A stretch of 63,441 nt of DNA, the filler included, from Reclinomonas americana ATCC 50394 (taxonomy: Eukaryota), in the NCBI GenBank assembly GCA_048213135.1. It is 5 parts of 3 records of this genome, joined end to end, with 100 filler letters (N's around TTAATTAATTAA, not from the genome) between each part and the next. Parts side by side here need not be neighbours in the genome. Positions count along the whole stretch, not along the records: positions 59,034 to 63,441 come from PS015520.1; 4 more parts are not named here. One strand, 5' to 3'. The notes under the pieces are model-generated. The model was not told the DNA's origin. It did not search any database and saw nothing but the letters and a program-made list of their open reading frames with translations. This document shows positions 61,798-63,441 of this stretch, piece after piece (position 1 is the first letter of the stretch; the number at the start of each line of letters is the position of its first letter). The translations under genes and the position numbers were made by a program.

Positions 61798-63100
61798 NNN
61801 NNNNNNNNNNNNNNNNNNNNNNNNNNNNNNNNNNNNNNNNNNNNNNNNNNNNNNNNNNNNNNNNNNNNNNNNNNNNNNNNNNNNNNNNNNNNNNNNNNNN
61901 NNNNNNNNNNNNNNNNNNNNNNNNNNNNNNNNNNNNNNNNNNNNNNNNNNNNNNNNNNNNNNNTGTGCGCAGATTGAGGCTCCAGTCCTCCACGTCGCGC
62001 AAGTTCTGCTCCACAAACTCCTCCAGATTGACGCTGCCAAACGACACGTATGGTGCGAAGCGCTCCTTCTCCTTGGACAACTTGGCGAACAGCTGCTCGG
62101 CCTTGGCGTAAACGGCGATAATGTAGCGCTGGTTGCGGCCAATCATGCGACGCAGCAGCGTGTTGTCGCCTGTGAAGCTGGGGAAGGTGGCCGGCAGCGA
62201 GATGAACTCGTTCATCTGGCGGTAGTACGTCTCACGAATGTTCTCGTACGAGGGGCGGTACTGCAGGCGGCCTTCGGTGAAGGTGAGATCCACGTTGATG
62301 TCGCGGAGAGTCTCGTTGAGGGTCAGCAGGCCGAGCTTGTACTGTGTGGGGAAGGATTGAGGATCAAAATGACAGGGGGAAATCAACCGATGTGTCACCA
62401 CGCACCTGGAACTCGAGGGCTTTGTACAGTTGGCACTCCCAGTGCCGAACCCAGTCGTCCATGAACTTGTAGCCTTGGTGGCTGAGCTTCTCGAACGTGT
62501 CGCGGATTTCGCGGCAACCGTCGCGCCACTTTTGTGCCTCGCGCACGAGACTTGTCGACATGAGCTCCACCAGCTTCTCGCCGACCAACACGTGGTACTT
62601 GCGGAGCTTGCGGCTGGCGCCGTTGAGGCGGTCGTGAGCCTGTGGGAAGGCGGAAACGGGAAAGGGGAAGGGGGAAGGAAGGGGAAAGGGGAAAGGGGGA
62701 AGGGGGAGCAAGGGAAAGGGGGAAAGGGAAGGGATGAAGGGATGGGAAGGGAGAGGGAAGGGAGGGAAGGGAGAGAGGGAGGCAGGCAGGGGAGAGAGAG
62801 AGGAGGGCGAGGGAGGAGGGAGAGGGAGAGGCAGATACGAATTCAGCACAACAAGCGACCGACTGCGACAAGCAGAAACCATTGAATCACCTCCTTCAGG
62901 AATCGCATGTACTCGTTCTCGCGACCGACATCGTTCCAGGTGGCACGTGTGGCACCGCGACGCTTGGTACCGCTGTTGCACACATCGACGAACTCTTGAA
63001 TGTCGGTGTCGAGCATCTTGCGCTGGCTCGGCACGAGTTGTTGCTCCATGGTGTTGTATGAGTTGCACACTTGTTTCAGCACCTTGGCGCTGGAGTAGAA
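59063..63100 (-). CDS. DYNC2H1: Cytoplasmic dynein 2 (IFT retrograde motor) heavy chain, internal fragment (tail to AAA1)
   Basis: [108 protein letters not shown], and [14 protein letters not shown] in the tail. Exons such as 62891-63100 and 62406-62639 splice canonically. Confidence 0.93.
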
Positions 63101-63352
63101 CTGTGGACAGAAGAGTGAGGGGGATGTGGGGAAGGGGGATGTGGGGAAAGTAGGAGGAGGGGAGGAAAGGTCTCTCGATCGCTCTCTCTCCCCTTTGCTC
63201 TTTCTTTCTCATGTGCCCAGCGTAGAGTCCAACAGGGATCATCCGAGAAAAAGAGAGAGAAAATAGGAAGGATGGAAAGAGAGACCAAGCAGACATGCAC
63301 ACATGCAGACAGACAGACAGTATTAGCAACATAGAAACCAGCAGAGATCATG

Positions 63353-63397
<45 letters not shown>

Positions 63398-63441
63398 AGA
63401 GAAGAGAAGAAGAAAGAAGAAGAAGAAAGAAAGAAAAGAAA

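Noticed and set aside
59063..63100. Alternative genetic code or stop readthrough
   Set aside because: In the junctions examined, apparent in-frame stops fall within GT-AG introns and the conserved dynein exons translate normally.

Overview
Eukaryotic, intron-rich, microsatellite-rich (GA/CT, CA) genomic scaffold from a probably flagellated unicellular eukaryote (dynein-2 heavy chain, SAXO4/PPP1R32-like gene). Spliced reading frames fit the standard code and GT-AG introns. There are several N gaps, four of them artificial N44-TTAATTAATTAA-N44 linkers. About 15 protein-coding genes can be reconstructed by hand: two tandem ubiquitin-like + ARM-repeat paralogs, a NICE-3/Dlt1-like gene, a multi-EF-hand protein, SAXO4-like, a large secreted cadherin-like-repeat + EGF + clan GH-A glycoside hydrolase, coiled-coil proteins, a TFIIB/BRF-family factor, a Zn-finger dual-specificity phosphatase, a secreted beta-propeller and a DYNC2H1 fragment. 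Most notable observations: (1) a 90-codon tandem duplicate with 21 substitutions, all synonymous; (2) a frequent class of 5' splice sites with an extra T at +3 (GTTGAG/GTTGCG/GTTTCG/GTTGTG); (3) one ARM repeat per symmetric 132-nt exon; (4) a bacterial-type cadherin stalk fused to a GH2/GH157-like hydrolase; (5) purine-to-pyrimidine polarity of long introns, mirrored by a C-to-G codon skew along long exons. All gene models and family assignments were made by eye, without database searches.
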